Both the position numbers and the translations under genes were made by a program. Shown piece after piece: positions 53,694 through 63,835 of a stretch of DNA of 64,000 bases (within the stretch, counting starts at the first letter, position 1; every line of letters starts with the position of its first letter). Under the pieces are notes generated by a model. The model was not told the DNA's origin. It ran no database searches and saw only the letters and a list, made by a program, of their open reading frames with translations. Where the stretch lies: NCBI GenBank assembly GCA_965221585.1, contig OZ244898.1:2105420-2169419 (forward strand), in the 5' to 3' direction. The DNA is from Candidatus Aldehydirespiratoraceae bacterium (GTDB taxonomy: Bacteria > Actinomycetota > Acidimicrobiia > Acidimicrobiales > Aldehydirespiratoraceae).

Positions 53694-55016
53694 TTGGTCA
53701 TGGCGGTCGCTCCACAGCGCCCCGAGTCCGCCCGAATTCGCGGGCCGATGACCGTTACTGCTCCCGACCCGGTCGAGTTCGCGGCGGCCTGCGCCGCAGA
53801 CGGCGAGATGCGCTTGGCGGTCCGCCACTGGAGCGGTGGTCTGCGTTTGGGCATCGGCGAGACATGGACCGGCTTCACCGTAGTCGACGGTGAGATCACC
53901 GCGGGCGTGCCTGACGAAGGCGAAGGGGTGATCACCGTCGCCGGGCCGGCGGAGCTGTGGGCACCGCTTCTCGAGGCCGTGCCGCCCAGGTTCGCCCAGA
54001 TCTCGGTGCTGCTGGCCCTAGGAGGGTCGGGCCTCCAGAGGGGACTGACCGACCCGTTGCTGCTTTGGCAGTACCAGCCTGCCCTCGAACGGGCCAGTGA
54101 GCTGCTGCGGGCACCGGGCGGCGGCGACAAGCGGGCGCCTGTGGCCGAGGGTGGTCCCGCCCCCCGCTACGACAGCCCGGTCGGACGCTACCTACACCTC
54201 GAGATCGACGGCGTCGACTACCGCTTCTACTACGAACAGGCTGGATCAGGCATCCCTCTGCTCTGCCAGCACACCGCAGGCGCCGACAGCCGCCAGTATC
54301 GGCACCTGTTTGAAGCCGCAGAGATAACCGACCGGTTCTCTCTGGTTGCGTATGATCTGCCCTTTCACGGCAAGTCCGTTCCGCCGGTGCAACTGCGCTG
54401 GTGGGAGCATACCTACGAGTTGCGCGGCGAGTTCCTGCGACAGGCGCCTTTGGCTCTGGCGGGGGCGCTGGAGCTGGACCGGCCCGTGTTCATGGGCTGC
54501 TCGGTCGGCGGACTGCTGGCCCTGGACCTGGCACTCCACCACCCCGGCGAGTTCCAGGCTGTCATCGCGGTTGAAGGAGCGCTGCACATCGGCGGCAACC
54601 GAGACGACTACGCAGGATTCTGGCACCCGCAGGTCAGCAACCAAACCAAGGCCCGCATGATGGAGGGGCTCTGCTCACCCACCTCGCCGCTGCCGTACGT
54701 GAAGGAGGTGTCGCAGGTCTACGCCTCTGGGTGGCCACCGGCGTTCCTCGGTGATCTCTACTACTACGTGGAGGACTTCGATATTCGCGAACGGGCGCGC
54801 GAGATCGACACCGACGCGACTGCGGTGCACATCATGAACGGCGAATACGACTACACCGGTTCGATCGAGGCAGGCCGACAGGCGCATATGGCCATAGCAG
54901 GGTCCACCCATACCGAGATGGCCGGTGTGGGGCATTTCCCCATGCAGGAGAATCCCGAGGTCTTCATTCAATATCTGCTGCCGATACTGGATCAGATCGA
55001 AGCCCGGGCAAACTGA
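53694..55016 (+). CDS. alpha/beta hydrolase with an about 150-aa N-terminal extension of unknown function
   Basis: GCSVGG nucleophile elbow and GHFPMQENP C-terminal His motif. The N-terminal about 150 aa lies outside the hydrolase fold. Alternative start at ATG 53748. Confidence 0.7.
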   Translation: MVMAVAPQRPESARIRGPMTVTAPDPVEFAAACAADGEMRLAVRHWSGGLRLGIGETWTGFTVVDGEITAGVPDEGEGVITVAGPAELWAPLLEAVPPRFAQISVLLALGGSGLQRGLTDPLLLWQYQPALERASELLRAPGGGDKRAPVAEGGPAPRYDSPVGRYLHLEIDGVDYRFYYEQAGSGIPLLCQHTAGADSRQYRHLFEAAEITDRFSLVAYDLPFHGKSVPPVQLRWWEHTYELRGEFLRQAPLALAGALELDRPVFMGCSVGGLLALDLALHHPGEFQAVIAVEGALHIGGNRDDYAGFWHPQVSNQTKARMMEGLCSPTSPLPYVKEVSQVYASGWPPAFLGDLYYYVEDFDIRERAREIDTDATAVHIMNGEYDYTGSIEAGRQAHMAIAGSTHTEMAGVGHFPMQENPEVFIQYLLPILDQIEARAN

Positions 55017-55039
55017 CACGAGCACGACAGGAGAGGTCC

Positions 55040-55936
55040 GTGGGAGCACATATCAACGCAAGGCCGGTGGTAGTCACCGGCGCAGGCAGCGGGATCGGCG
55101 CAGCGCTGGCACAAGAGGCCGCGGGTCGCGGCGCCGGTCACGTCATTGTCTCCGACATCGACCTCGAGGCGGCCGAAGCGACAGCAGAAACGGTCAGGAC
55201 CCAGGACTGCGCCGCCTCGGCGCGTCGTTGCGACGTCACCGACACCGCCGAGACGGCCCAGCTGGCTCAATCCGTCGCTGACGAGCACGGCATCCCCGGC
55301 CTGGTCTGCGCCAACGCAGGGGTGACCTCGGCGATAGCGCCCCTGTTGGATACGGAACCGGCAGACGCGCGGTGGGTCATCAACGTCAACGTGCTCGGCA
55401 CGATCAACACAATCCAGAGCTTCGGCGCGCTGATCGCCTCAAGCGACGAATCAAGCTGGTTGATGGTTACAGGATCGGAGCACTCCGTCGGTGTTCCCAT
55501 CGCGAATTCAAGTATTTACACGGCCTCCAAGCACGCACTGCTCGGCATGTGCGATGCGATGCGTTCGGAGCTGCCCCCTCACATGGGGATCAGCCTGCTG
55601 TGTCCCGGCCTCACCAAGAGCCAGATCTGGAACGCCTCCCGCCGCCGCCCCGACCGCTTCGGGGGCAGCGCGCAGGGCGACCCGGGTGCGCAGGTGTACG
55701 TGGAGCAGATGGGCATGGATCCCGCCACAGTCGCGCAGCGGGCCTTCGACGGCCTGGCGGCCGGCCACTTCCTGATTCCGACCCACTACAACGCCCGCGC
55801 CTACGCCCAGAAGCGAGCCGATGAAATGACCGAAGCCTTCGACCGTCTCGCCGAGATCGACACCGAAGACTACGACCTGACCAGAACCGTGACCAGGTTC
55901 TTGACCATGGCTTCGGACGACCAGGATACCAGCTGA
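55040..55936 (+). CDS. SDR-family oxidoreductase
   Basis: VTGAGSGIGAA cofactor motif and YTASKHA (YxxxK). GTG start with a GGAGAGG SD. Confidence 0.85.
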   Translation: MGAHINARPVVVTGAGSGIGAALAQEAAGRGAGHVIVSDIDLEAAEATAETVRTQDCAASARRCDVTDTAETAQLAQSVADEHGIPGLVCANAGVTSAIAPLLDTEPADARWVINVNVLGTINTIQSFGALIASSDESSWLMVTGSEHSVGVPIANSSIYTASKHALLGMCDAMRSELPPHMGISLLCPGLTKSQIWNASRRRPDRFGGSAQGDPGAQVYVEQMGMDPATVAQRAFDGLAAGHFLIPTHYNARAYAQKRADEMTEAFDRLAEIDTEDYDLTRTVTRFLTMASDDQDTS

Positions 55937-55952
55937 CAGACAGGAGAATCCC

Positions 55953-57206
55953 GTGAAACTGAAACCCGGCGACATCAACCTCGCCAGCAACAATGACATT
56001 GAAGCCTCCGGTGGTGTGCCATTCGAGTATTTCGCGACGCTTCGACGCGAGGCTCCAGTGTTCTGGAATCCCCCGCCTGCCGATGGCGCCGTCCTCCGAG
56101 ACGTCGAGGCCTATGAGCCCTGCGGCTTCTGGGTGCTCAGCAAGCACGAGGATGTGTCGGCGGTCTCCAAAGACACCAAACGCTTCTCTTGTTGGGAGAA
56201 CAGCGTCCTGTGGGTCGATGTCAAGCAGAGCGAGATGGCTCTGGCCGCGCAGCGGTCGGGCCTGATGGGCATGGACCCGCCCCAGCACACCCAGTTCCGG
56301 CGACTGGTTCAACCGGGGTTCACGCCCCGCTCGGTGGCTGCCATGGAGCCCCATATCCGCGAGAAGGCTGCCGAAGTGATCGGGGAGCTCGCCGAACGCG
56401 ACCGAGCGGAGTTCGTGTTCGAGGTCGCCGCTGAACTACCCATGATCCTTTTGTGCGAGTTGATGGGCGTGCCCCTCGAACGGCGCAACGAGTACCTGGC
56501 GTTGGGAACCGCCACGGCCAGCTTCGAGTTCAACGAGAATTTCGTCGAGGATCAGATCAGTCTGTTCCTGCTGCTCGACGACATCGTCAAGAACTGCAAG
56601 GACGCTCCGGACGGAACGCTCGTCTCGAAGTACGTGCACGGGGAAGTCGACGGGCGCAAGCTGGCGGAGGAGGAGATCACCCAGTTCTTCCAGACCCTGT
56701 CGATCGCCGGCCATGAGACCACGCGGAACTCGACCGCCCATTTCGTCCGACTCATGGACGAGCACCCCGACCAGAGGGAACTGCTGCTCGAAGACCTCGA
56801 AGGCCGTCTCCCGAACGCGATCGAGGAGGTGCTCCGTTTCTCACCTCCGGTCATGCAGTTCTGCCGCACCGCCAACGAGGACCTCTCCTTCCGAGGAGCC
56901 GACATCGCCAAGGGCGACAAGGTCTACATGTCCTACATATCGGCCAATCGGGACGAGGACGTCTTCGATGACCCGGAGCGGTTCGACATCCTGCGAGCGA
57001 ACGCGGACAAGCATCTCGCCTTCGGAACCGGCGCCCACTTCTGCTTGGGGGCCAGCCTGGCGAGACTCCAACTCCGCTGCGTCCTCCAAGAGCTCTACAC
57101 TCAACTGCCGGACATCGAACTGGCCGGTGAGCCGACCCGGATGAACAGCGTATGGTTCAACGCCCTCACCGAAATGCCAGTACTCACCTGCCCTGTGGCG
57201 CACTGA
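55953..57206 (+). CDS. cytochrome P450
   Basis: FGTGAHFCLGASLA heme-thiolate loop, EEVLRF (ExxR), AGHETT I-helix motif; 417 aa. Confidence 0.9.
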   Translation: MKLKPGDINLASNNDIEASGGVPFEYFATLRREAPVFWNPPPADGAVLRDVEAYEPCGFWVLSKHEDVSAVSKDTKRFSCWENSVLWVDVKQSEMALAAQRSGLMGMDPPQHTQFRRLVQPGFTPRSVAAMEPHIREKAAEVIGELAERDRAEFVFEVAAELPMILLCELMGVPLERRNEYLALGTATASFEFNENFVEDQISLFLLLDDIVKNCKDAPDGTLVSKYVHGEVDGRKLAEEEITQFFQTLSIAGHETTRNSTAHFVRLMDEHPDQRELLLEDLEGRLPNAIEEVLRFSPPVMQFCRTANEDLSFRGADIAKGDKVYMSYISANRDEDVFDDPERFDILRANADKHLAFGTGAHFCLGASLARLQLRCVLQELYTQLPDIELAGEPTRMNSVWFNALTEMPVLTCPVAH

Positions 57207-57244
57207 ACAATGAACTCGAACAACGATTCAAGGAGCAGTGGCAC

Positions 57245-58639
57245 ATGACGCAACGCTTCGGGCACTGGATCAACGGCAGTTGGCAGGACCCCTCGGGCGG
57301 GAGGTGGCTCGAATCCACGCAGCCGGCCTCTTCAGAGGTCGTCTGCGAGATCGCACAGGGCAACGCAGCCGACATCGACGCGGCGGTCGAAGCCGCGTCA
57401 GCGGCCGGCGGAGCGTGGCGTGAACTGAAGCCTATAGAGCGTGGCCGGCGGCTGATGGCCCTGTCGCAGGCCCTGCGCGAGCGGGCGGACGAGTTGGGCG
57501 ACCTCGAGAACCGCGAGGCCGGGAAGGCTGCGCTCATGGGGCCGGTCGAAGTCCACGGATCGGCGGACTACTTCGAGTTCTACGCCGGTCTCGTGAACCT
57601 CGAAGCCGGCGAGGTGCTGGACCTCGGGCCGGGCTTCCACAGTTACACCCGCCGGGAACCCTTCGGCGTCGTCGGGATCATCACACCGTGGAACGCACCG
57701 CTGAACCAGGCCGCACGCGCCGCGGCGCCGGCACTGGCCGCAGGCAACACGGTTGTCTTGAAGCCCTCGGAGTTCACCTCGGCGACATCTCTCAAGCTCG
57801 CCGAGCTGACTGCGGCCGTCGGGATCCCCGACGGGGTCTTCAACGTGGTGACCGGCACGGGACCCGCCGTCGGACAACCGCTCGTCGAGCACCGGTCGGT
57901 CTCCAAGGTCGCCTTCACCGGCTCCCTTCGAGCCGGTCGTGAGGTCGGCCGCATCGCCGGAGAGCGGATCATTCCCGTCACCCTCGAACTCGGCGGGAAG
58001 TCGGCCAACATCGTGTTCGCCGACGCCGACCTGGATGCGGCTGTGCAGGGGTCGCTGAGGGCGTTCGTGCTCAACACCGGCCAGATCTGCTCGAGCGGCA
58101 CGCGCCTGTTCGTCCAAGCCGATATCCACGACGCCTTCGTCGACGCCCTCGTCGACGCATCGTCGCAGTACGAGCCCTTCCTCGGACAGCTCACTACCGA
58201 GGCCCAGTTCGGCAAGGTCAACGACTATTTCGAGATCGCTGCCGACGAAGGAGCTGTCGCCTCAGCGGGCGGCAGGATGGCTGACGGCTGGCAGCCCGAG
58301 ATCACGGTGTACACCAAGGTCAGCAACGATATGCGCATTGCCCGCGAGGAGATCTTCGGTCCCGTGGTGGCCGTGATCCCGTTCGACGACGAGGAGTCGG
58401 CAATCGCCATGGCCAACGACTCCGACTTCGGGCTCGCCGCCGGACTCTGGACCAGAGACGTCTCCCGGGCGCACCGGGTTGCAAGCCGACTCGAAGCAGG
58501 CCAAGTGTTCGTCAACATGTGGGGGACGGGGATCGAGACGCCCTTCGGCGGCTACAAACAGAGCGGCATCGGGAGGGAGAAAGGTATTGAAGCGCTCCAC
58601 CACTACACCCAGGTCAAGTCGGTGACGATCGCCCTGTAA
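57245..58639 (+). CDS. NAD(P)-dependent aldehyde dehydrogenase
   Basis: ELGGKS and GQICSSGTR (catalytic Cys) motifs, FTGS motif. ATG 57245 with an AAGGAG SD. Confidence 0.9.
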   Translation: MTQRFGHWINGSWQDPSGGRWLESTQPASSEVVCEIAQGNAADIDAAVEAASAAGGAWRELKPIERGRRLMALSQALRERADELGDLENREAGKAALMGPVEVHGSADYFEFYAGLVNLEAGEVLDLGPGFHSYTRREPFGVVGIITPWNAPLNQAARAAAPALAAGNTVVLKPSEFTSATSLKLAELTAAVGIPDGVFNVVTGTGPAVGQPLVEHRSVSKVAFTGSLRAGREVGRIAGERIIPVTLELGGKSANIVFADADLDAAVQGSLRAFVLNTGQICSSGTRLFVQADIHDAFVDALVDASSQYEPFLGQLTTEAQFGKVNDYFEIAADEGAVASAGGRMADGWQPEITVYTKVSNDMRIAREEIFGPVVAVIPFDDEESAIAMANDSDFGLAAGLWTRDVSRAHRVASRLEAGQVFVNMWGTGIETPFGGYKQSGIGREKGIEALHHYTQVKSVTIAL

Positions 58640-58644
58640 CCGCG

Positions 58645-60222
58645 ATGGCTCCAGATCTACCCGATTTTGATCGGTCGTTCCTTCCCTACATCGATGAGGC
58701 GTTCCGCACCTTCGCGGACCAGACTTGCGCTGTCTACCGGGACGAGCGGTTGACCTACGCCGAGCTGGACGCAGAATCCGCCCGGGTCGCCAATGCGCTT
58801 CAGCGTGAAGGTTTCGCTCCGGGTGATCTCGGCGGGGTCTACAGCACCAACAGCATTTCAGCGTTCGCCGCCACGCTCGGGATCCTGCGGGCAGGCGGTG
58901 TCTGGGTCCCGCTCAACCCGCGCAACTCGTCGACCTCCAACATCGAGATCCTTGCCCGCTTCGGGTGCCGTGCGCTGTTCTTCCAGTCGGCCTTCGCCGA
59001 CGCGGCGGGCGCCGCGGCCGAAGCAACCGATGACGTGATCCTCGTCCCCATCGACGGCACACCCACCGACTCGGTTGACACCTGGCTCGCCGACGCCTCC
59101 ACGGCAGCGCCGAGCGTGGAGCGCGACGGACGCGACACTCTGGCGCTGCCCCAGACCGGCGGCACCACTGGGACACCGAAGGGGGTGATGCTCAGCCACC
59201 GGAACTTCGTAGCTCTGGCTTGGGCGTCCCGTCGGCACTGGAAGGGCGAGACACGCGTCGTTCTGTGCGCCGCGCCGATGACCCATGTCGGCGGGCGTGC
59301 CGCGCTCATCTCACTCGGCCTCGGCGTGAGGCTGGTGATCCTGAACTCACCGGACCCGGAGTCGATCCTCGAGGCGATAGAGCAGGAGCGTGTCACCGAC
59401 ATGTTCCTCCCGCCGACCGCCATCTACCGACTGCTCGACCACCCGAACACGTCGACCACCGATTTCAGCTCCCTGCGTCGCTTCAGCTACGGATCAGCGC
59501 CGATCTCGATCCCCCGCCTGCGTCAAGCCTTCGACGTGTTCGGCCCGGTGATGAGGGGCGGCCTCGGCCAGACCGAGAGTCCCATGTACATCGCGCACCG
59601 CGAGGCCGCCGACCACTTCGTCGACGGCGACGTCAACGGGGAACTCCTCGACGACAGGTCTTTGCGATCGGTGGGACGACCGACGGTCCTGTCGACCGTG
59701 GCTATCGTCGACGAGAACGCCAACCCGCTCCCCAACGGTTCGCGCGGCGAGATCGCAGTCAAGGGACCCATGGTGTCGGAGGGCTACTACCAGGACCCGG
59801 AGGAGACGGCGAAAATCCGGCGCAACGGCTGGCACCTCACCGGCGACATCGGCGTGTTGGATGAGAACGGCCGCCTCTACATCGTGGACCGGAAGAAGGA
59901 CATGATCATCAGCGGCGGCTACAACGTCTACTCCGGAGAAGTCGAACAGGCCCTGCAGGAGATCGACGGCGTCGCCGAGGCTGCGGTCATTGGTGTTCCC
60001 AGTGACCGCTGGGGGGAGGAAGTGAAAGCCGTGATCCGCCTCGAGACCGGCTCCAACCTCACCGAGGCGGACATGATCGCCGACACGAAACAGGCGCTCG
60101 GGTCGGTCATGGCCCCCAAGTCGGTCGACTTCGTCGACGAACTGCCCCACACGTCCATCGGCAAGATCGACAAGAAAGCGCTCCGGTCCCGATACTGGGA
60201 AGCCGCCGGACGCCTCATCTGA
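58645..60222 (+). CDS. AMP-dependent acyl-CoA synthetase/ligase
   Basis: LPQTGGTTGTPKGV AMP-binding motif, GYYQDPE...TGDIG, and terminal SIGKIDKKAL. Confidence 0.9.
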   Translation: MAPDLPDFDRSFLPYIDEAFRTFADQTCAVYRDERLTYAELDAESARVANALQREGFAPGDLGGVYSTNSISAFAATLGILRAGGVWVPLNPRNSSTSNIEILARFGCRALFFQSAFADAAGAAAEATDDVILVPIDGTPTDSVDTWLADASTAAPSVERDGRDTLALPQTGGTTGTPKGVMLSHRNFVALAWASRRHWKGETRVVLCAAPMTHVGGRAALISLGLGVRLVILNSPDPESILEAIEQERVTDMFLPPTAIYRLLDHPNTSTTDFSSLRRFSYGSAPISIPRLRQAFDVFGPVMRGGLGQTESPMYIAHREAADHFVDGDVNGELLDDRSLRSVGRPTVLSTVAIVDENANPLPNGSRGEIAVKGPMVSEGYYQDPEETAKIRRNGWHLTGDIGVLDENGRLYIVDRKKDMIISGGYNVYSGEVEQALQEIDGVAEAAVIGVPSDRWGEEVKAVIRLETGSNLTEADMIADTKQALGSVMAPKSVDFVDELPHTSIGKIDKKALRSRYWEAAGRLI

Positions 60223-60264
60223 GCGGCGCGGTTGTCGCGTTCCTCAGGTCTGAACCCGTAGCAC

Positions 60265-61875
60265 TCACAGGCCGTCACTGTCGCGGCCCGCGCCGTTGGG
60301 CAGATACTCGGCGAGTCCGGTTGCGTCGGGCGTGCCACCAGGGTCCTTCTGATGACAGGCGATGATCCCGTCGGGTCGGACCAGTACCCAGGCATCGGTC
60401 TGGTACGGGTCGGTCGGGACGCCAGCCGGCAGCCGGCGCACGGCCAGCGGCGCGCCGCCGGCCCGCACCTCCGCGGCGGCCGCTTCCCATGCTGGGAGCG
60501 AGCACTCGGGTCCGAGCAGCAGCACATAGGAGGATCCGAACCAGTCGAGAACAGACTCGGTCTGCTCAGCATCGACCCAGACGTGGGGGGCGCGGCGCCC
60601 GGATCGGACGAGCGGGACGAAGTCTCTGTTCGGACGCTCGAGGCCGGGTGCGGGTTCGTCGTTCGCCGCGATGAGGTCCGATGCCATCTCGAACCCGAGC
60701 AGGAGATGGTCGTAGTCTGCGTACTGGTGAGTCGCCTCGATGTGCTCGGCGATGTCTTCGCCCCGCCACCTGCCGAGCATCATCGCGCCCATGTATTCGG
60801 TGGTGGCGACCCCGAAGGCGATCCGCTCGACCGCGATCGGCCGATGTTCGGTCTCGTAGGTCTCGAGGATCGACGCGGGCGCCAGGCCTCGTACTACGTA
60901 GGCCAGCTTCCATGCCAGGTTGCGGATGCCGGCGAACCCGGTGTTGTTGCCCATTCCACCTGTCGGAACCGAGACGTGCGCAGCGTCGCCGGCCAGGAAG
61001 ATGCGCCCTGAGGAGAACCGTGTCACGCATCCCGGTGTCGGCTGCCACATGCGCATGCTGAGAATCTCGAACTTCAGGTTGTCGACGGTGCCGAGTGCCA
61101 CGCGGATCCGTCGGCTCACCGCCTCCTCGGAGATCAGGTTCTCATCGCCCACAACGACTTGGCAGCGCCACCGCCGACGCCCGTCGAGAGGTTGGAAGAT
61201 CACCAGGCCCTCCGGTGTCGTGGTGTACAGCAGCGATCCCTTGCGATCCCCGACATACGCGTCGAGGTCCGCGTGGAAGATCACGTCCTGGGAGTAGACC
61301 GGCCGAGGCTCGGCCTCCAGTCGGGTGCCGATGACTTGGCGTGTGCCGCTTCCAGGCCCGTCGGCGCCGATGGTGAACTGGGCCGTGACCGGCTGACGCT
61401 CTTCAGTTGCGGTGTCCCGCAACCAGAGACGGGTGGCGTCTTCGGTCTGCGTCAAGTCGACGGCCTCGGTGTCGAACCGCATCGTGATCATGGGGTCGGC
61501 GGCGACTCGGGACATCAGCGCGGTCTCGACTCGGTCCTGCGCCGTCATCACTGGGATGCACGGGCTGTTCGGGCCCGGAACACTGTGGAAGGTGGGGCTC
61601 GGGATGTTGGCGTAGGGCTCGTCTGCCAGGGTGTCGGACCACCGGTTGTAGGCGGTCCAGTCCGGCCCGAGGCCCGTGGCCTCGACCGCACTCTCGATGC
61701 CGAACTCGCGGAAGAGCTCCATGGTGTTGGTGTCGACGAAGCGGGATCGGGGGTGGGTGTTGAGTTCGCTTCTCCGCTCTACCAGGAGCGACGGCACGCC
61801 GTGACGCGACAGCAGCAGCGCGCCGGTGAGCCCGATCGGCCCGCAGCCGATGATGCAGACAGGAACTTCGATCAT
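60265..61875 (-). CDS. FAD-dependent aromatic-ring-hydroxylase-type monooxygenase
   Basis: VCIIGCGPIGLTGALLL GxGxxG motif, GDAAHVSVPTGGMGNNTG motif. Start ATG 61875 with a GGGAGGA SD. Confidence 0.8.
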   Translation of the reverse strand: MIEVPVCIIGCGPIGLTGALLLSRHGVPSLLVERRSELNTHPRSRFVDTNTMELFREFGIESAVEATGLGPDWTAYNRWSDTLADEPYANIPSPTFHSVPGPNSPCIPVMTAQDRVETALMSRVAADPMITMRFDTEAVDLTQTEDATRLWLRDTATEERQPVTAQFTIGADGPGSGTRQVIGTRLEAEPRPVYSQDVIFHADLDAYVGDRKGSLLYTTTPEGLVIFQPLDGRRRWRCQVVVGDENLISEEAVSRRIRVALGTVDNLKFEILSMRMWQPTPGCVTRFSSGRIFLAGDAAHVSVPTGGMGNNTGFAGIRNLAWKLAYVVRGLAPASILETYETEHRPIAVERIAFGVATTEYMGAMMLGRWRGEDIAEHIEATHQYADYDHLLLGFEMASDLIAANDEPAPGLERPNRDFVPLVRSGRRAPHVWVDAEQTESVLDWFGSSYVLLLGPECSLPAWEAAAAEVRAGGAPLAVRRLPAGVPTDPYQTDAWVLVRPDGIIACHQKDPGGTPDATGLAEYLPNGAGRDSDGL

Positions 61876-62016
61876 CGTCCTCCCTCGATCCAAGGTCTCA
61901 TTGCGCGGCTCACATTAGGACAAAATCACCGATGAGGGTCATGCCCGAGCTGAGAAGCAGTTCGCGGCCTCGCTGGTCCGCATCCAGCGCCTGAGGCATG
62001 CCGCTAGCTTGGAGGC

Positions 62017-62682
62017 ATGTCCAGAGTTCCGATCCGCCGAAGTGTTCGTATCCTGAGCGAGGAGAGGTACGACGTGATTCTGGCGTTGTGCGTGGCCATG
62101 GTGGGGCTGTCGGCTACTGGCGTCGATGCCTTGACTGCGGCTTCTGGGATCGTCGGACTTGTTCTCGTCGTCGGGACTCTGATCGAGTCGTCAGTGCTCG
62201 CGGTAAGCCGCGCCAAGGCCTGGGCGGTGCTGATCGGGCTGGCGTGCACTGCTGGGATCGAGCTTGTCGTGGCGCGCCCGGAAGACACTCGGATCGGACC
62301 GGCCGTGGTGATGGTTGTAGGCATCCTGGCCGTTGGCACCATCGCCAGGCAGGTGTTGTCGCGGCCTCTGCCGGACACCACGTCGATCGCCGCGTCGGCG
62401 TGCGCCTATCTTCTGATCGGGTACTCGTTCGCCAGCCTCTATATTCTGATCGACCGCATCGCCGACGACGCCTTCTTGTCTTCAGGGCACGCGCTCACCC
62501 CGGAGTCGGCGGTCTACTTCAGCTTCGTCACCCTGACCACGCTCGGATTCGGCGAACTGACCCCGGCAGTGTCGAGCGGCAGGACAATTGTAACGCTGGA
62601 GGCCATGGCCGGGCAGTTCTACATTGCCATTGCTGTGGCCCGACTGGTCGCCGGGATGACGACTAGCCGCAATGACGCCTGA
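62017..62682 (+). CDS. potassium-channel-family protein (Ion_trans_2-like)
   Basis: Canonical pore signature YFSFVTLTTLGFGE flanked by TM helices; 221 aa. Confidence 0.8.
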   Translation: MSRVPIRRSVRILSEERYDVILALCVAMVGLSATGVDALTAASGIVGLVLVVGTLIESSVLAVSRAKAWAVLIGLACTAGIELVVARPEDTRIGPAVVMVVGILAVGTIARQVLSRPLPDTTSIAASACAYLLIGYSFASLYILIDRIADDAFLSSGHALTPESAVYFSFVTLTTLGFGELTPAVSSGRTIVTLEAMAGQFYIAIAVARLVAGMTTSRNDA

Positions 62683-62686
62683 ATGA

Positions 62687-63835
62687 TCATGGGACCCGTT
62701 CGAGGGCACGTTCCATGAATACCTGGTCGTCCTCGTGCCATTCGGGGAATCCGATTCGCCGATTGTCAGTGAGGTAGTCGATCCTCGAGTTCAGGCAGGC
62801 GAGCAACTCAGTATTGTCTGCCCGCAGCGTCCACCCGCCCAACTCGACAGCTTCGTCGAGCGCCGAGACGGACAGCACACCTCCGCCGCGGTATGCGGCG
62901 GCCGCTTCGGTGTTGCCGATGGCCTCGCTCACCACGGCGTCGATCTCACCCGCGGCGAGCGCGTCGATAGCGGTGGACTCGTGGAATTCGTAGTGCACCT
63001 CAGGCTGTGCGGGCGACGCCGGCTCGAGTCGGATCCTGGTCTTGATGTTGTCGGTGGCGCCCGCCGCGGTGATGGTGTACTTGTCCGTCCCGTCTGCGGT
63101 GACAGCGCCGTCGGCCGTGTGGACTCTTGTTCCGGCGACGAGCTCACCGTTCGGACCCGTGATTCCGGTCAGTTCGAGGAGTCTCTGCTCGTTGGTGGTG
63201 TTGCGGGAGGCCCCCACCCGGTCGCTGCCCGACAGTTGGTCGAAACTGGCGTAGCGTTGCACTTCGCCTTCTCGCACAAGCAGGGACTGGCGGTATTGGA
63301 TGTGGCCGGAGGTGAACCTGACGACCTTGTCGCCCCGGTGGTCGAGGGTACGCGACTCGAGAATGGAAATACCTCCCCCTGCGACGTCGGCGCCGCCCGT
63401 TGTGGGGAGCAGCCAGATGTCGGTCCAGTCCGACACCGGAATGCGGCGGAAGCGCAGCCCCGATCCCTCCATCGTCTCGAGGGCGTCGACCAGGTCAGCC
63501 TCGTAGCCGCCATGAACCACAGGTCCGTCGGGGTCGTCGGCGTCTTCGATGCCGTAGCTGACCGGTGCAAACTCGGTGAAGAACGCGAAGTCGAGGACCC
63601 TGCCGGGTGCACAACCGGGGTCTTCCGCCTCCAACGATTCCGCCGGCAGGTCGGCGGGGTCGTCCACAAAAGAGCAGCCCACTGCGGCAACTACAGCGAT
63701 GATCTTGGCCGCGGTCGCTAGGAGCAGCCTTCGCGTCAGCGCCGAGGATCGCGAGGCGGCTCCGGATGTCGAGTCCGATCGGACCACCCCAGCCTGGGCT
63801 GTCAGTCTGGACTTTCTCGGCCGACGGGGCATCAC
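62687..63835 (-). CDS. family-3-type solute-binding lipoprotein (ABC/amino-acid-type SBP), possible Tat signal
   Basis: N-terminal ...LTRRLLLATAAKIIAVVAAVGC has an RR motif plus a lipobox-like Cys. SBP_bac_3-like body (DFAFFTEFAPVSY...GYEADL...). The start is uncertain. Confidence 0.65.
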   Translation of the reverse strand: MMPRRPRKSRLTAQAGVVRSDSTSGAASRSSALTRRLLLATAAKIIAVVAAVGCSFVDDPADLPAESLEAEDPGCAPGRVLDFAFFTEFAPVSYGIEDADDPDGPVVHGGYEADLVDALETMEGSGLRFRRIPVSDWTDIWLLPTTGGADVAGGGISILESRTLDHRGDKVVRFTSGHIQYRQSLLVREGEVQRYASFDQLSGSDRVGASRNTTNEQRLLELTGITGPNGELVAGTRVHTADGAVTADGTDKYTITAAGATDNIKTRIRLEPASPAQPEVHYEFHESTAIDALAAGEIDAVVSEAIGNTEAAAAYRGGGVLSVSALDEAVELGGWTLRADNTELLACLNSRIDYLTDNRRIGFPEWHEDDQVFMERALERVP

